Of a stretch of 64,000 nt of DNA, positions 9,633-18,305 are shown one piece after another; the first letter of the stretch is position 1, and each line of letters begins with the position of its first letter. Source of the stretch: a virus. Its lineage: Duplodnaviria > Caudoviricetes. Position numbers and translations under genes: made by a program. The stretch lies in the IMG/VR virus record IMGVR_UViG_3300025437_000009; one strand, 5' to 3'. Under the pieces are notes generated by a model that saw nothing but the letters and a program-made list of their open reading frames with translations, searched no databases and was not told where the DNA came from.

Positions 9633-10493
9633 TTATTGTGGATTAGTTAATGAACGAACTATTTCTAATTGTTCTGTAGTAAGGTTTTGTGGTACAGTCA
9701 ATGCTACTTCAACGTATAAATCTCCTCGACGATCTGAATTTAATTCGTATAAACCTTGTTCTGGTAATCTAAATTTTATACCAGGTTGAGTTCCGGCAGG
9801 TAAAGTTAATATAAATGTTTTGCTATCTAATCCCACTATGGTAATATCACCACCTGCTGTTGCTAGTAAACAGTTTACACTAGCTCGGTGGTATAAGTCA
9901 ATGCCATTGGTAATAAATCCGTCGGCATTATGTACTTTAAAATGAACATAAAGGTCACCTCGAGGTAAAGTATTGAATAAATTATCTCCAAGTCCGGAAT
10001 ATTTAATTTGTGTACCATTGGTCACACCCCTTGGTATTTTAACTTCTACTGTTTCACGATGACCGTTAGTAGTCTGTACACTGATAGTTTTTGATTGTTC
10101 TTCTAAGGTTGTAACTAGGGGTAATGCAATTTCAATACGCAGGTCTTTGTTGCGTCTTTGTTGTTGTCTAGCTTGTGCAAAAGGATCTCCGCCAAACCCA
10201 AAACCAAAATTTCTAAATATTTCGTCAATGTTGGGATGATTCACGCCACCACTGTGCCAACGGAATATCACATTCTCATCACCGACACCACCACCAAAGC
10301 CATTACGTTGCATGTCATAGTGTTGACGTTTATTTGGGTCACTGAGTGTGTCGTATGCTTGTTGTATTTCTTGAAACTTGGCCTTGTCTCCACCCTTGTC
10401 AGGATGATGCTGACTAGCTAGTTTTCGATAAGCTCGTTTGATTTCGTCGGGAGAAGATTTGTCCCCAACCCCTAAAATTTCGTAATAATTCAT
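9633..10493 (-). CDS. dnaJ: DnaJ/CbpA-class co-chaperone (J domain plus C-terminal domain, no zinc finger)
   Basis: YYEILGV, HHPDKGG (HPD), RGDLYV. Confidence 0.9.
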   Translation of the reverse strand: MNYYEILGVGDKSSPDEIKRAYRKLASQHHPDKGGDKAKFQEIQQAYDTLSDPNKRQHYDMQRNGFGGGVGDENVIFRWHSGGVNHPNIDEIFRNFGFGFGGDPFAQARQQQRRNKDLRIEIALPLVTTLEEQSKTISVQTTNGHRETVEVKIPRGVTNGTQIKYSGLGDNLFNTLPRGDLYVHFKVHNADGFITNGIDLYHRASVNCLLATAGGDITIVGLDSKTFILTLPAGTQPGIKFRLPEQGLYELNSDRRGDLYVEVALTVPQNLTTEQLEIVRSLTNPQ

Positions 10494-10509
10494 AGTGCTA
10501 TTATAAATG

Positions 10510-10540
10510 AAAAAGCCGGCAGAGTCAACTTACCGGCTAT
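10510..10540 (-). terminator. intrinsic terminator containing the -35 of the dnaJ promoter
   Basis: AGCCGG/CCGGCT stem plus U-tract; TTGACT-N17-TATAAT overlaps it. Confidence 0.6.
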
Positions 10541-10558
10541 CAAATTGTAGAAAATGGA

Positions 10559-10714
10559 TTATTTCTTTTTCTTGGCAGGTGCAGTTGGTTTATCGTCTGC
10601 AACCTTGATTGATGCTTCTGCTTTTTTATGCTTTTTAATTTCTTTTTTTGGAGTAGCGGCAACTGCTGTAGTAGCGATCATCGCCATGATTAAGATTGAT
10701 AATAGTTTTTTCAT
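10559..10714 (-). CDS. small secreted Lys-rich protein (51 aa), absent from ORF track
   Basis: MKKLLSILIMAMIATTAVA signal peptide; AAGGA SD. Confidence 0.65.
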   Translation of the reverse strand: MKKLLSILIMAMIATTAVAATPKKEIKKHKKAEASIKVADDKPTAPAKKKK

Positions 10715-10725
10715 TTTTAAATTCC

Positions 10726-11400
10726 TTACATTAAAGGTTGTGTTGTTTGAGGTACAACTTTTTGTCCGCTTGCGTTTAAAGTTGGGGTTGTTGGTGTGGT
10801 TGAACCGAAGCCACCTGTAGTCGGTGTAGTTGCGGTACTACCAAATCCACCTGCACTAGCGCCGCCAAATGAACCTGTGGCTGGTGTTGAACCAAAACCA
10901 CCTGCGGATGCGCCACCAAAACCACCACTGCTTGCTCCGCCAAAGCTACCTGAGCTTGCGCCGCCGAAGCCCCCGGTTGATTGGCCGCCAAATCCACCAC
11001 CCATACCTGAGTTCATACCTCCGCCAAATCCACCACCCATACCGCCACCCATACCACCACCCATACCACCGGCCATGCCAGCTGGTACACCACTCATGTT
11101 AGTAGTGTTAACAGAAATTTGTTCTGTAGCTGTTGGATTAGCTGCTGTGCCTGCTAGTTTTTCTTGTGTTCGACCAAATGCTGAAATACCTAATACAGCA
11201 CCCATAGCAATGTGAAATAAGCCAGCACCTTGAAGTGTTAACGGGTTCCACTGTGTAATAGGTACATGGTTCATACCTTGCCATAAGGCCCATAGTACTG
11301 GAAACACCATCATGTCTGCGACGCATATTAACATATACATCCAGCCCATCATTGGACGCCATAGAGTCTGCATCCAATCTTCTCTTTTATTCTTTGACAT
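10726..11400 (-). CDS. 3TM holin-like protein (gene-transfer-agent holin type) with Gly-rich tail
   Basis: WRPMMGWMY...WNPLTLQG.GLFHIAMGAVLGISAFGRTQEK; SD and late motif. Confidence 0.75.
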   Translation of the reverse strand: MSKNKREDWMQTLWRPMMGWMYMLICVADMMVFPVLWALWQGMNHVPITQWNPLTLQGAGLFHIAMGAVLGISAFGRTQEKLAGTAANPTATEQISVNTTNMSGVPAGMAGGMGGGMGGGMGGGFGGGMNSGMGGGFGGQSTGGFGGASSGSFGGASSGGFGGASAGGFGSTPATGSFGGASAGGFGSTATTPTTGGFGSTTPTTPTLNASGQKVVPQTTQPLM

Positions 11401-11434
11401 ACCTAGCTCCTTATAATTGATTTTATAAGTGTAT

Positions 11435-11632
11435 TTATGCGTAAGTGTTAGTATTTTGTGGGGTTAGCTCGTGTGTTACTTGATCTTGGGCATTGTATAC
11501 TTTAACAGAATGTGCATCAGTTTGATCTTTAGCAAATCCTAATGCTTCTTCAAGTTCCTCAAATAAATGATCTGTAAAATGTAGGATGCCATTGATCCAA
11601 CTGTGTTTTCTTACTTTGTGTGACATACTCAA
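11435..11632 (-). CDS. small hypothetical protein, paralogue of 11636..11833
   Basis: H.VR.H.W.NG...S.KV....TYA shared pattern. Confidence 0.65.
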   Translation of the reverse strand: MSMSHKVRKHSWINGILHFTDHLFEELEEALGFAKDQTDAHSVKVYNAQDQVTHELTPQNTNTYA

Positions 11633-11635
11633 TCC

Positions 11636-11833
11636 TTAAGCGTATGTGTCAGGCGTTTGTCCTGATAAATTGTGTGTAATATTATGTTCGTGATCAAAAA
11701 CTTTAATACTATCTGCCATTTCGACGCTGTTGGCAAATGTCAGTGCTTCGGCTTCTGAACCAAAAAATGCATCTTTGACTTCTAAACGACCATTGCGCCA
11801 GTGATGTGTTCTCACTCTGTGTACTCGGCTCAT
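11636..11833 (-). CDS. small hypothetical protein, paralogue of 11435..11632
   Basis: shared pattern; tandem arrangement. Confidence 0.65.
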   Translation of the reverse strand: MSRVHRVRTHHWRNGRLEVKDAFFGSEAEALTFANSVEMADSIKVFDHEHNITHNLSGQTPDTYA

Positions 11834-11834
11834 A

Positions 11835-12893
11835 TTATTTTTCCTTAAATTGCGTAGTCCATATACGCTTTGTTTTATCTGTGTATTTAGTTAAATTACG
11901 CTGATTAAACCATACGTTAGTTTGTGGACGTCGATAAGTTCTTAGTAGGACGTTGGCTATTTGACTGCTTTCTGTGGGGTCGGCCCAACAAAAACGTGTT
12001 GCCCAAGGAATTTCATTGCAACCTACAATAGGTACACCTTGACTAATCAAATCTGCTGACACAATGTTAAACGTTTCTGAAAAATTACATTGCATACCGA
12101 TATCCATACTAGCACAGGTTTTTAAGAATTCTTCACGTGGAGCCCATTCGTGCCCAATTAGCTGATGTCCAGTGTCGGCCAATTGCTGGAAAAATCCACG
12201 TAGATTATGTAGCACAGGACTGCCCTGCATTTCAACACGGCCCGCATTGATATGAAAACGCAACTGTTTACCAATTTTGTTAGCAAACTTTAGTGCCGCT
12301 ACTGCTTGCACCATATGATTTTTTAAGGGACGTACTGCACCAAAGCACGCAATGTCTACCCAATACTTGTTGCGATCAAATTCTTTAGTTACATAGTCTT
12401 GTGGATAGTAATTTGGAAGATAGAAAATACGACTATCGGTTTCTGTTTGACCCCATCCTTTTTTAGTACTCAGGTATGTTCTAACTTCGTCAAGCATACG
12501 TGGAGCATTTACACCAATATCAATCTGTGGGAAATTGATATAATCCCCTAACCAGTCCATGGCCATACCTTCACCAGCCATAAAGGGCATTTCTGAATGC
12601 AGTCGAATGATCCATCGAACACCAGGATGTAGTTTGGTTAAGACACTAAACTTACTAGGAACTACCCATAGTGCTTCAACAATAACATGTGTTGGTTGAT
12701 GCTTGGTTACTAGCCTATCAATACAGTTATTATCAATAGCAACTTCAATAGTAGTGTCAATACCTAGGTCATTCAACATTTCAACCATAAAGTTGGCAGA
12801 ATTAAATAGGCCAGTTGACAGGCCTAGGGGAGAATGTTTGACAGGATTGAAGTCTTCTCGTCTCTTGAGAATAAACAGTATTTTTGTTTTCAT
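11835..12893 (-). CDS. GT-B fold (GT4-like) glycosyltransferase
   Basis: FGAVRPLKN and SETFNIVSADLISQGVPIV (ExF..E-like) motifs. Confidence 0.65.
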   Translation of the reverse strand: MKTKILFILKRREDFNPVKHSPLGLSTGLFNSANFMVEMLNDLGIDTTIEVAIDNNCIDRLVTKHQPTHVIVEALWVVPSKFSVLTKLHPGVRWIIRLHSEMPFMAGEGMAMDWLGDYINFPQIDIGVNAPRMLDEVRTYLSTKKGWGQTETDSRIFYLPNYYPQDYVTKEFDRNKYWVDIACFGAVRPLKNHMVQAVAALKFANKIGKQLRFHINAGRVEMQGSPVLHNLRGFFQQLADTGHQLIGHEWAPREEFLKTCASMDIGMQCNFSETFNIVSADLISQGVPIVGCNEIPWATRFCWADPTESSQIANVLLRTYRRPQTNVWFNQRNLTKYTDKTKRIWTTQFKEK

Positions 12894-12957
12894 TGAAAAT
12901 CCACAGTATAACACTATTTATGTTTTACTGTGGATTTAAATGTTACAGATTGATTTA

Positions 12958-13347
12958 TTATTGTGCTGGAGCGTCAACTACTGGAGCTGGTGCTGGAGAA
13001 ACAATTTGACTCTGTTGTGTAGCTAAGTCAGCGGCATGAGCAGCAGCTAATGTCTTATATTTCTCAACGTCAGCTTCGGCAGCGGCACGTGCGGCATTGG
13101 CGGCATCAACTGCCGTTTGATGCAGTTCAGCGGCCTTGGTCAATGCGTCTTGCAAATCTGCTTTTAGTTTGTTGACTAAATCGTTTGCGGCTAGCGCATC
13201 TTCGCGAGCTTGATCAAAAACTGTTTTGACTTCACCCAAAATTGCGTGTTCGATTTTTTGTACTTCGTTGATAACTGCCGTCTCAACAGTCTTGGCTTTG
13301 CTAAATGCTCCTAATAGTGCATCTGCAATTTTCTTTTCAATACTCAT
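12958..13347 (-). CDS. Ala-rich coiled-coil hypothetical protein
   Basis: intact ORF with SD. Confidence 0.6.
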   Translation of the reverse strand: MSIEKKIADALLGAFSKAKTVETAVINEVQKIEHAILGEVKTVFDQAREDALAANDLVNKLKADLQDALTKAAELHQTAVDAANAARAAAEADVEKYKTLAAAHAADLATQQSQIVSPAPAPVVDAPAQ

Positions 13348-13357
13348 TTGATTCTCC

Positions 13358-13615
13358 TTAGATTGCTCCAGCGATCAGTAACAGACCGTTGATGCAAGTA
13401 TTTAATGTTTCTTTAAACTGCAACTGGCTCATATCCTGGATAATTTCCAATTGTCGTTGCACGTCTTTTAGCGTTTCCGCTAGCTCTTGTGGACTTAACT
13501 GTCCAGATTGTGCTGCTTGTGTTGCTTGTGCTACATAATTTGCGGCATTGGCAAAGGTAGGATCACCTGAGTTTACCAGTGCTGCTAATTGGTTGTTGAT
13601 ATCATCTAATGTCAT
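13358..13615 (-). CDS. hypothetical protein (85 aa)
   Basis: ORF coupled to upstream lipoprotein. Confidence 0.6.
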   Translation of the reverse strand: MTLDDINNQLAALVNSGDPTFANAANYVAQATQAAQSGQLSPQELAETLKDVQRQLEIIQDMSQLQFKETLNTCINGLLLIAGAI

Positions 13616-14016
13616 CTTGGTCTATTCCCTAGAACGTGTTGTATTGTATCGGCACTATGCTCGATTCCTTCAAACTTCAATTTGCAAAAAAATGGGCTGA
13701 CTGGCGTACCTGTGTTGTATTGTGTAACTAACCCCTGAGCTATTTCGTTTAAGGCTTTAGCAGCTTTAGTACCATCGCCGTTACTAGGTAAGTTTTCACT
13801 GTAGGCTTCGAATAACTCAGTCTTTTGTGCCATAGCTACAGCATTAGGTTGGCTCATAACAGGATTACCGCATGCTTGAGCATAGTGTCGAGCATCAACA
13901 CGTATTTCAGATATTAGCAGATATTCGTTAGGATCATACTTGGTCATAGTCACTGCATCATATACAGCACAACCAGATAAATTCAATACAAATAGGGCTA
14001 ATATGAGTCTGCGCAT
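13612..14016 (-). CDS. lipoprotein
   Basis: lipobox LSGC after a hydrophobic signal. Confidence 0.7.
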   Translation of the reverse strand: MRRLILALFVLNLSGCAVYDAVTMTKYDPNEYLLISEIRVDARHYAQACGNPVMSQPNAVAMAQKTELFEAYSENLPSNGDGTKAAKALNEIAQGLVTQYNTGTPVSPFFCKLKFEGIEHSADTIQHVLGNRPR

Positions 14017-14017
14017 A

Positions 14018-14575
14018 TCAAAACCAAAGCCAGAGGCCTTGACTCATTAATAGTAGGCCTGTGCCGGCAACTAAGAAGCTGGCCCAGAACAGTTCCATAC
14101 GTACTGCCAAGATACTGGCAGATAGTAGCACGATTGCTAACTGATATGCAGTTGACGCATAGCCAATCCAGGGTGATTTCTTTTTAGCTAGGTCGCGTTC
14201 TGCTTCTAGTCGTTTAGCGTGTGCATACAAGGCCTTCTTGCCTTCTTCACCTTCTTCGTAGCTAGCGGCTTTGTCACTAAACTTTTTAGCCAACACAGGA
14301 TCTTTAACTGTTAATGCAGTTAGTTCATATTGTGTTTGCTTGATCGATTTAGCTTGATAAAAGTTCCAAAGATCGTTTGCTTTAATAGTGTTGTTCATTA
14401 CTGTTGAACTAAGACCGCCACCGATAACTGTGTTGAATGCCAACAATGCGGCAAACACGTTGATGACCATACCTGCTTTGTCTTTGATCTTTGCTTCACG
14501 TTCTGAACGTGAGCCTGTTAAAGGTTCTTTGCGACCTTTACTAATCATGTTTAATACTGAATCAATTAATGCCAT
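14018..14575 (-). CDS. membrane protein (DUF4337-like)
   Basis: TM segments; W.FYQAKSIK and LQ.AIVL.S.SI-like motifs. Confidence 0.55.
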   Translation of the reverse strand: MALIDSVLNMISKGRKEPLTGSRSEREAKIKDKAGMVINVFAALLAFNTVIGGGLSSTVMNNTIKANDLWNFYQAKSIKQTQYELTALTVKDPVLAKKFSDKAASYEEGEEGKKALYAHAKRLEAERDLAKKKSPWIGYASTAYQLAIVLLSASILAVRMELFWASFLVAGTGLLLMSQGLWLWF

Positions 14576-14589
14576 CTTCCGCTCCTTTA

Positions 14590-14862
14590 TTATTGTAGGC
14601 CTTGCCAAATTTTTTGTTGGGTATTATACCAGTTTTGCCAACCTTCATACTTTTCTTTGAGTATGTAGTATTGTGTATAGTTTTCGTTTGAATTTTCAAT
14701 CAAATCGCTTAGGTTTCTCTGCTCAGGCGCTAAGGGAGTTAGCTCCGGTGCTGGTTGTTGTAAATCTGTAGGTGCTGTAGGCCACTTTGGAATAATCTGT
14801 GCTTGATTACTAGCACAGGCCGTGAGTGCAAACATTATACATACCAAAATTAATCTTTTCAT
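14590..14862 (-). CDS. o-spanin (Rz1-like lipoprotein)
   Basis: lipobox LTAC, Pro-rich, directly after i-spanin. Confidence 0.75.
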   Translation of the reverse strand: MKRLILVCIMFALTACASNQAQIIPKWPTAPTDLQQPAPELTPLAPEQRNLSDLIENSNENYTQYYILKEKYEGWQNWYNTQQKIWQGLQ

Positions 14863-15332
14863 TTCTTAGTATCCAATATTTTGCTGCCCGAATTTTTTAC
14901 AGCACGGTTATAATCTTCCCATGCATCGTCGTTAAGTTTTGCACAGTCACGATCAATCTTAGCCTTATCTTTTGTGATAATCTGCTTAACACCATATGCT
15001 CGTCCGTTCACCAGATGTTCATTTGCAGCTAATGCATCTGCTAGTTGTTTGCTAGCATCTGCACTTGCTTGTTCGGCTAGCTGAGTTTTCTGTTGAGCTT
15101 CTTGCAGGGCCTGCTGTTGAACAGCAATTACTCCAGCACCGCCATAAAAGAACACACCCAGAACAAATACTATAAAAGCAACGGGACGTGCTATTAAGGC
15201 ATACAGTCTAACAGGTGGAATATGGCTAGCAATACCAGCAATGATGTAGGTAGCTACACCACCACCGGCCATAACGGGAAATACCCAGGTGGGTATGTTA
15301 CCTAAGAAGTGATTGACTATTAGTTCAAACAT
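14859..15332 (-). CDS. i-spanin (Rz-like)
   Basis: N-terminal TM helices, coiled coil, C-terminal Cys; follows endolysin. Confidence 0.7.
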   Translation of the reverse strand: MFELIVNHFLGNIPTWVFPVMAGGGVATYIIAGIASHIPPVRLYALIARPVAFIVFVLGVFFYGGAGVIAVQQQALQEAQQKTQLAEQASADASKQLADALAANEHLVNGRAYGVKQIITKDKAKIDRDCAKLNDDAWEDYNRAVKNSGSKILDTKK

Positions 15333-15967
15333 TATGATTGTAGTATCTGTAGGGCTCGTTGGTAGTGAGCAATACGCTCATCTAATCCAAGGAATCCACC
15401 GTTAATTTTGTGTGTCATGGTTTTCATGTCACCGGCATCAGCAACATCATTTAAACTGTTTGCTTCCCAGAACCAACAAGCTGACTGTACACAACCTTCA
15501 AAGGTCAACAAAAACTCGCTGACCTGTTCTGGTGTACTATCGATACTTTGTCCAAATGCTGTATAGTTGGCACGACCAGTGAGCTGAATCAAGCCACGAC
15601 CACAAAAGCGCCATCCGTCTCCACTAGCTTCGTCACCGTTACCCATGCGATTAGCGTAGATGCGATTAGCAATAGCTTCTTGTTTGTTAGGTTGCGAACA
15701 GTATTGTTGAATTTCATCCATACCGCTAAAATGATGACCAAATAACTTCATTAGAGTCTCTGGACGATAGTTTAGATTTTCTTGGATTGCTGTATAGCCA
15801 GCAGATTCTACTGCTGTCTGACCTAAAAAGGCCGCAACACGTGCTACAGTACTGATGTCATAGTCAGGTAATACTTTGCATAATGCCTCGTACCAATGAG
15901 GTACGTGCTGATTTTGTGGCAAAAATTGCTGTAACTGGTCCTGAGTAAAATTGAATTGAAACGCCAT
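15332..15967 (-). CDS. endolysin, glycoside hydrolase family 19
   Basis: ES..Y..IQENLNY, DGWRFCGRGLIQLTGRANY, WFWEANSLN..AD, INGG..GL.ER. Confidence 0.92.
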   Translation of the reverse strand: MAFQFNFTQDQLQQFLPQNQHVPHWYEALCKVLPDYDISTVARVAAFLGQTAVESAGYTAIQENLNYRPETLMKLFGHHFSGMDEIQQYCSQPNKQEAIANRIYANRMGNGDEASGDGWRFCGRGLIQLTGRANYTAFGQSIDSTPEQVSEFLLTFEGCVQSACWFWEANSLNDVADAGDMKTMTHKINGGFLGLDERIAHYQRALQILQS

Positions 15968-15968
15968 A

Positions 15969-15999
15969 GCTAACTCCTTACTTGATGTAAGTATTTAGC
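15969..15999 (-). promoter_or_regulatory. late promoter TAAATA inside an RBS-occluding hairpin of the endolysin gene
   Basis: GCTAA-ATA-CTTAC-ATCAA-GTAAG-GAG-TTAGC. Confidence 0.6.
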
Positions 16000-16030
16000 A
16001 ATTTATACTATTTGAGATATTACAACTGTG

Positions 16031-16579
16031 TTAGCGTATGATTCCAGCCAGATTTCTTAGAGATTCTGTGTAATCATTTTTGGGTGCTTTGGTAGTAACT
16101 TCTACACCTGCTACAGCTTTTAGTTTGTCAATGGCTTCTTGACCGTATTCTCTCTCGTAGGCTTCTGGAGTTAGGGGAATTAAGTCTTGTAGGGATTCTA
16201 GGCTTAAAGCAGTTTCTTTGTGAGCTTTATAGTAACGTACACGCCAATCTTCAATTTGTTGATCAGTTACATTCATTAGGTCATTCATCAAGCTCATGAT
16301 ATTTTCGGGAGCAGATTTGTCACGATCAAGTTCAACAAACACGATATAACTACCGTCTTCCATTTCACCTGAACTGAGGTCGGCATCTAAAACCCAGTCG
16401 TAGCCTTTTTCAACAAAACTAACCAGATCAGCAGCTGATTCTTTGGCACTGAGTTTAAAACTTAGTACAATAACGTCTGAGTCGTCGCCCAGTTTGCTTT
16501 TAAATTCATCAACGTGTAATTCAGGGTGAACCAAACGCTTTAGATCGCCTAGTTCTAGGCCTTCAAATAACTTATGCAT
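16031..16579 (-). CDS. conserved phage hypothetical protein
   Basis: ORF; start chosen from SD spacing (MHKLFEG). Confidence 0.6.
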   Translation of the reverse strand: MHKLFEGLELGDLKRLVHPELHVDEFKSKLGDDSDVIVLSFKLSAKESAADLVSFVEKGYDWVLDADLSSGEMEDGSYIVFVELDRDKSAPENIMSLMNDLMNVTDQQIEDWRVRYYKAHKETALSLESLQDLIPLTPEAYEREYGQEAIDKLKAVAGVEVTTKAPKNDYTESLRNLAGIIR

Positions 16580-17099
16580 TTTGAACATTTTCCTCAGGAC
16601 CTGACACGTTAGAATTTTCATCTTCACCAGTTTCATATGCTTGGTCAATATCTTCTAGGTCAACTGTACCACTAGCTAATTCTAAAGCACCCTGCTCAAT
16701 GTCTTTCATCAGCTTTTTAGGCATAACAATAGTAACTAACCAAACTGGTGTTTGAACCATTTTAGGTACTTTAGTTCCTGGTTTAAAATCCTTGGGATCT
16801 TTTACTTTTTTTGTGTGCTCAAAAAAGTCTTGTTTGTACTCAACATTACAGTCGTATTCGGCTAATCGTGCTGCACCCTTGGGGTTTGGCATTTTTTTGT
16901 AGGGCCACATAAATGTGCAGGTCACAAAGTATTTTTCGTAGATAGGACCCTCTACAAGTTCACCTTGCTTCCAATGTTCAAAAGCATAAAGATCGAGTTC
17001 ATCTAAGACACGTTCAAAATCCAGCAGGGTTGAGACTGCTGAATCCGTCATGAATATTTCTTTTGTATTGTTTAGTAGGTCTCTAATATTAGCCGGCAT
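16572..17099 (-). CDS. conserved phage hypothetical protein
   Basis: ORF with TAAATA 8 nt upstream. Confidence 0.65.
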   Translation of the reverse strand: MPANIRDLLNNTKEIFMTDSAVSTLLDFERVLDELDLYAFEHWKQGELVEGPIYEKYFVTCTFMWPYKKMPNPKGAARLAEYDCNVEYKQDFFEHTKKVKDPKDFKPGTKVPKMVQTPVWLVTIVMPKKLMKDIEQGALELASGTVDLEDIDQAYETGEDENSNVSGPEENVQNA

Positions 17100-17120
17100 A
17101 GTACAGTTATTTATCTGATA

Positions 17121-18305
17121 TTAGAACTTATAGAATTCGTTAGCACCGGTACTTTGGTAATTTGCTGTGCCAATTTTATAAAATGGACTTAAAAACCCTA
17201 CAAATCCCACAGGTTTTCCTAATTCCTTGTTGAAATATTTAAGGTCTATGTTATCAACTAAGAACGCAAGTCCTGCCTTCCATACATTGTATGCATGGGT
17301 ATCTTGAAAGTTTGTATAGAACCAGTAGTCCATTTCGTTGTAAAAACTATTGGTAGGTTTGCTAGTCTGAAATGTAGTATGATCGTAGTCAGGGTATATC
17401 AAGGGTTTAATAATTTGTTCAAATGTAGTGCGCTGACTAAAACTGTAATTTGGCCAACGTACTAGATGTTGAAGATATTGATTAGACTGTAAATTAAACC
17501 AATTTTTAATTAAATGTGCTTGTTTAGCCAGTAGCTCGGGCAGATCTGGACTCCAATAAAAATATTCATTGGTAACATTGGTATAATCTCCTACATTGGG
17601 ATTGGCACTATTGGCCTGTATATCCATGAAATACAAATACCAATGGCCATCCTTGATACATATCTTGGGTTTATCAATGCCCCATAATAGACAAATACTT
17701 TTGCCTTGATTTAATGTTTCTTTGTGATCGTCTACAGCATCAACTGTAAATTTAAAAGGATGTCCGGGCTGGAAATAATCTCTAGTATCATACACCCAAC
17801 TTTCATCGTGTTTACTATTGAGCATGTCAATGCTGTAATCATGTACTGTTATTTTTGTACTTGGACTGTGTACAGCAATCCAGTCTAACAAGGGTTTGGC
17901 AGCATAGCGCCATTCGCTTAGTGTATTTTCGGGTTTGGTATTAAAGGGATCATCAGTGACATTCTTTTCACCAGCCTTGGGATAACGAAATACAACTTCA
18001 TCGAGATGTATGTTGTTCTTGATAAAACTATAAACTACAGTACTGCTATCACCACCGCCACTGACCTCGAGACGGATATAATCGTAACGTTCTCTAATCT
18101 GTTGAGCACGTATTCGATATAATTCTTGTAGCGGGGTAGACGGTTCAACAAGCCAGTCGACCTGATCAAACTCTTCTTTATTATAATTCCACTCAGGGAA
18201 GATATTTTGTTTAGTAGCTTCAATAAGTGCATCTACTTTATTAAAATATCTCTGTTCCCCTACTTGATAAAAACCTAACCTGGGATTTTGTTCACGTATA
18301 GCCAT
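17121..18305 (-). CDS. PP-loop (adenine nucleotide alpha-hydrolase-like) protein
   Basis: VSGGGDSS motif. Confidence 0.55.
   Translation of the reverse strand: MAIREQNPRLGFYQVGEQRYFNKVDALIEATKQNIFPEWNYNKEEFDQVDWLVEPSTPLQELYRIRAQQIRERYDYIRLEVSGGGDSSTVVYSFIKNNIHLDEVVFRYPKAGEKNVTDDPFNTKPENTLSEWRYAAKPLLDWIAVHSPSTKITVHDYSIDMLNSKHDESWVYDTRDYFQPGHPFKFTVDAVDDHKETLNQGKSICLLWGIDKPKICIKDGHWYLYFMDIQANSANPNVGDYTNVTNEYFYWSPDLPELLAKQAHLIKNWFNLQSNQYLQHLVRWPNYSFSQRTTFEQIIKPLIYPDYDHTTFQTSKPTNSFYNEMDYWFYTNFQDTHAYNVWKAGLAFLVDNIDLKYFNKELGKPVGFVGFLSPFYKIGTANYQSTGANEFYKF

Noticed and set aside
10776-11215. Pro-rich plus-strand ORFs (10796..11215, 10869..11102) and a minus alternative frame
   Set aside because: Antisense or out-of-frame shadows of the Gly-rich holin tail; no SD or promoter
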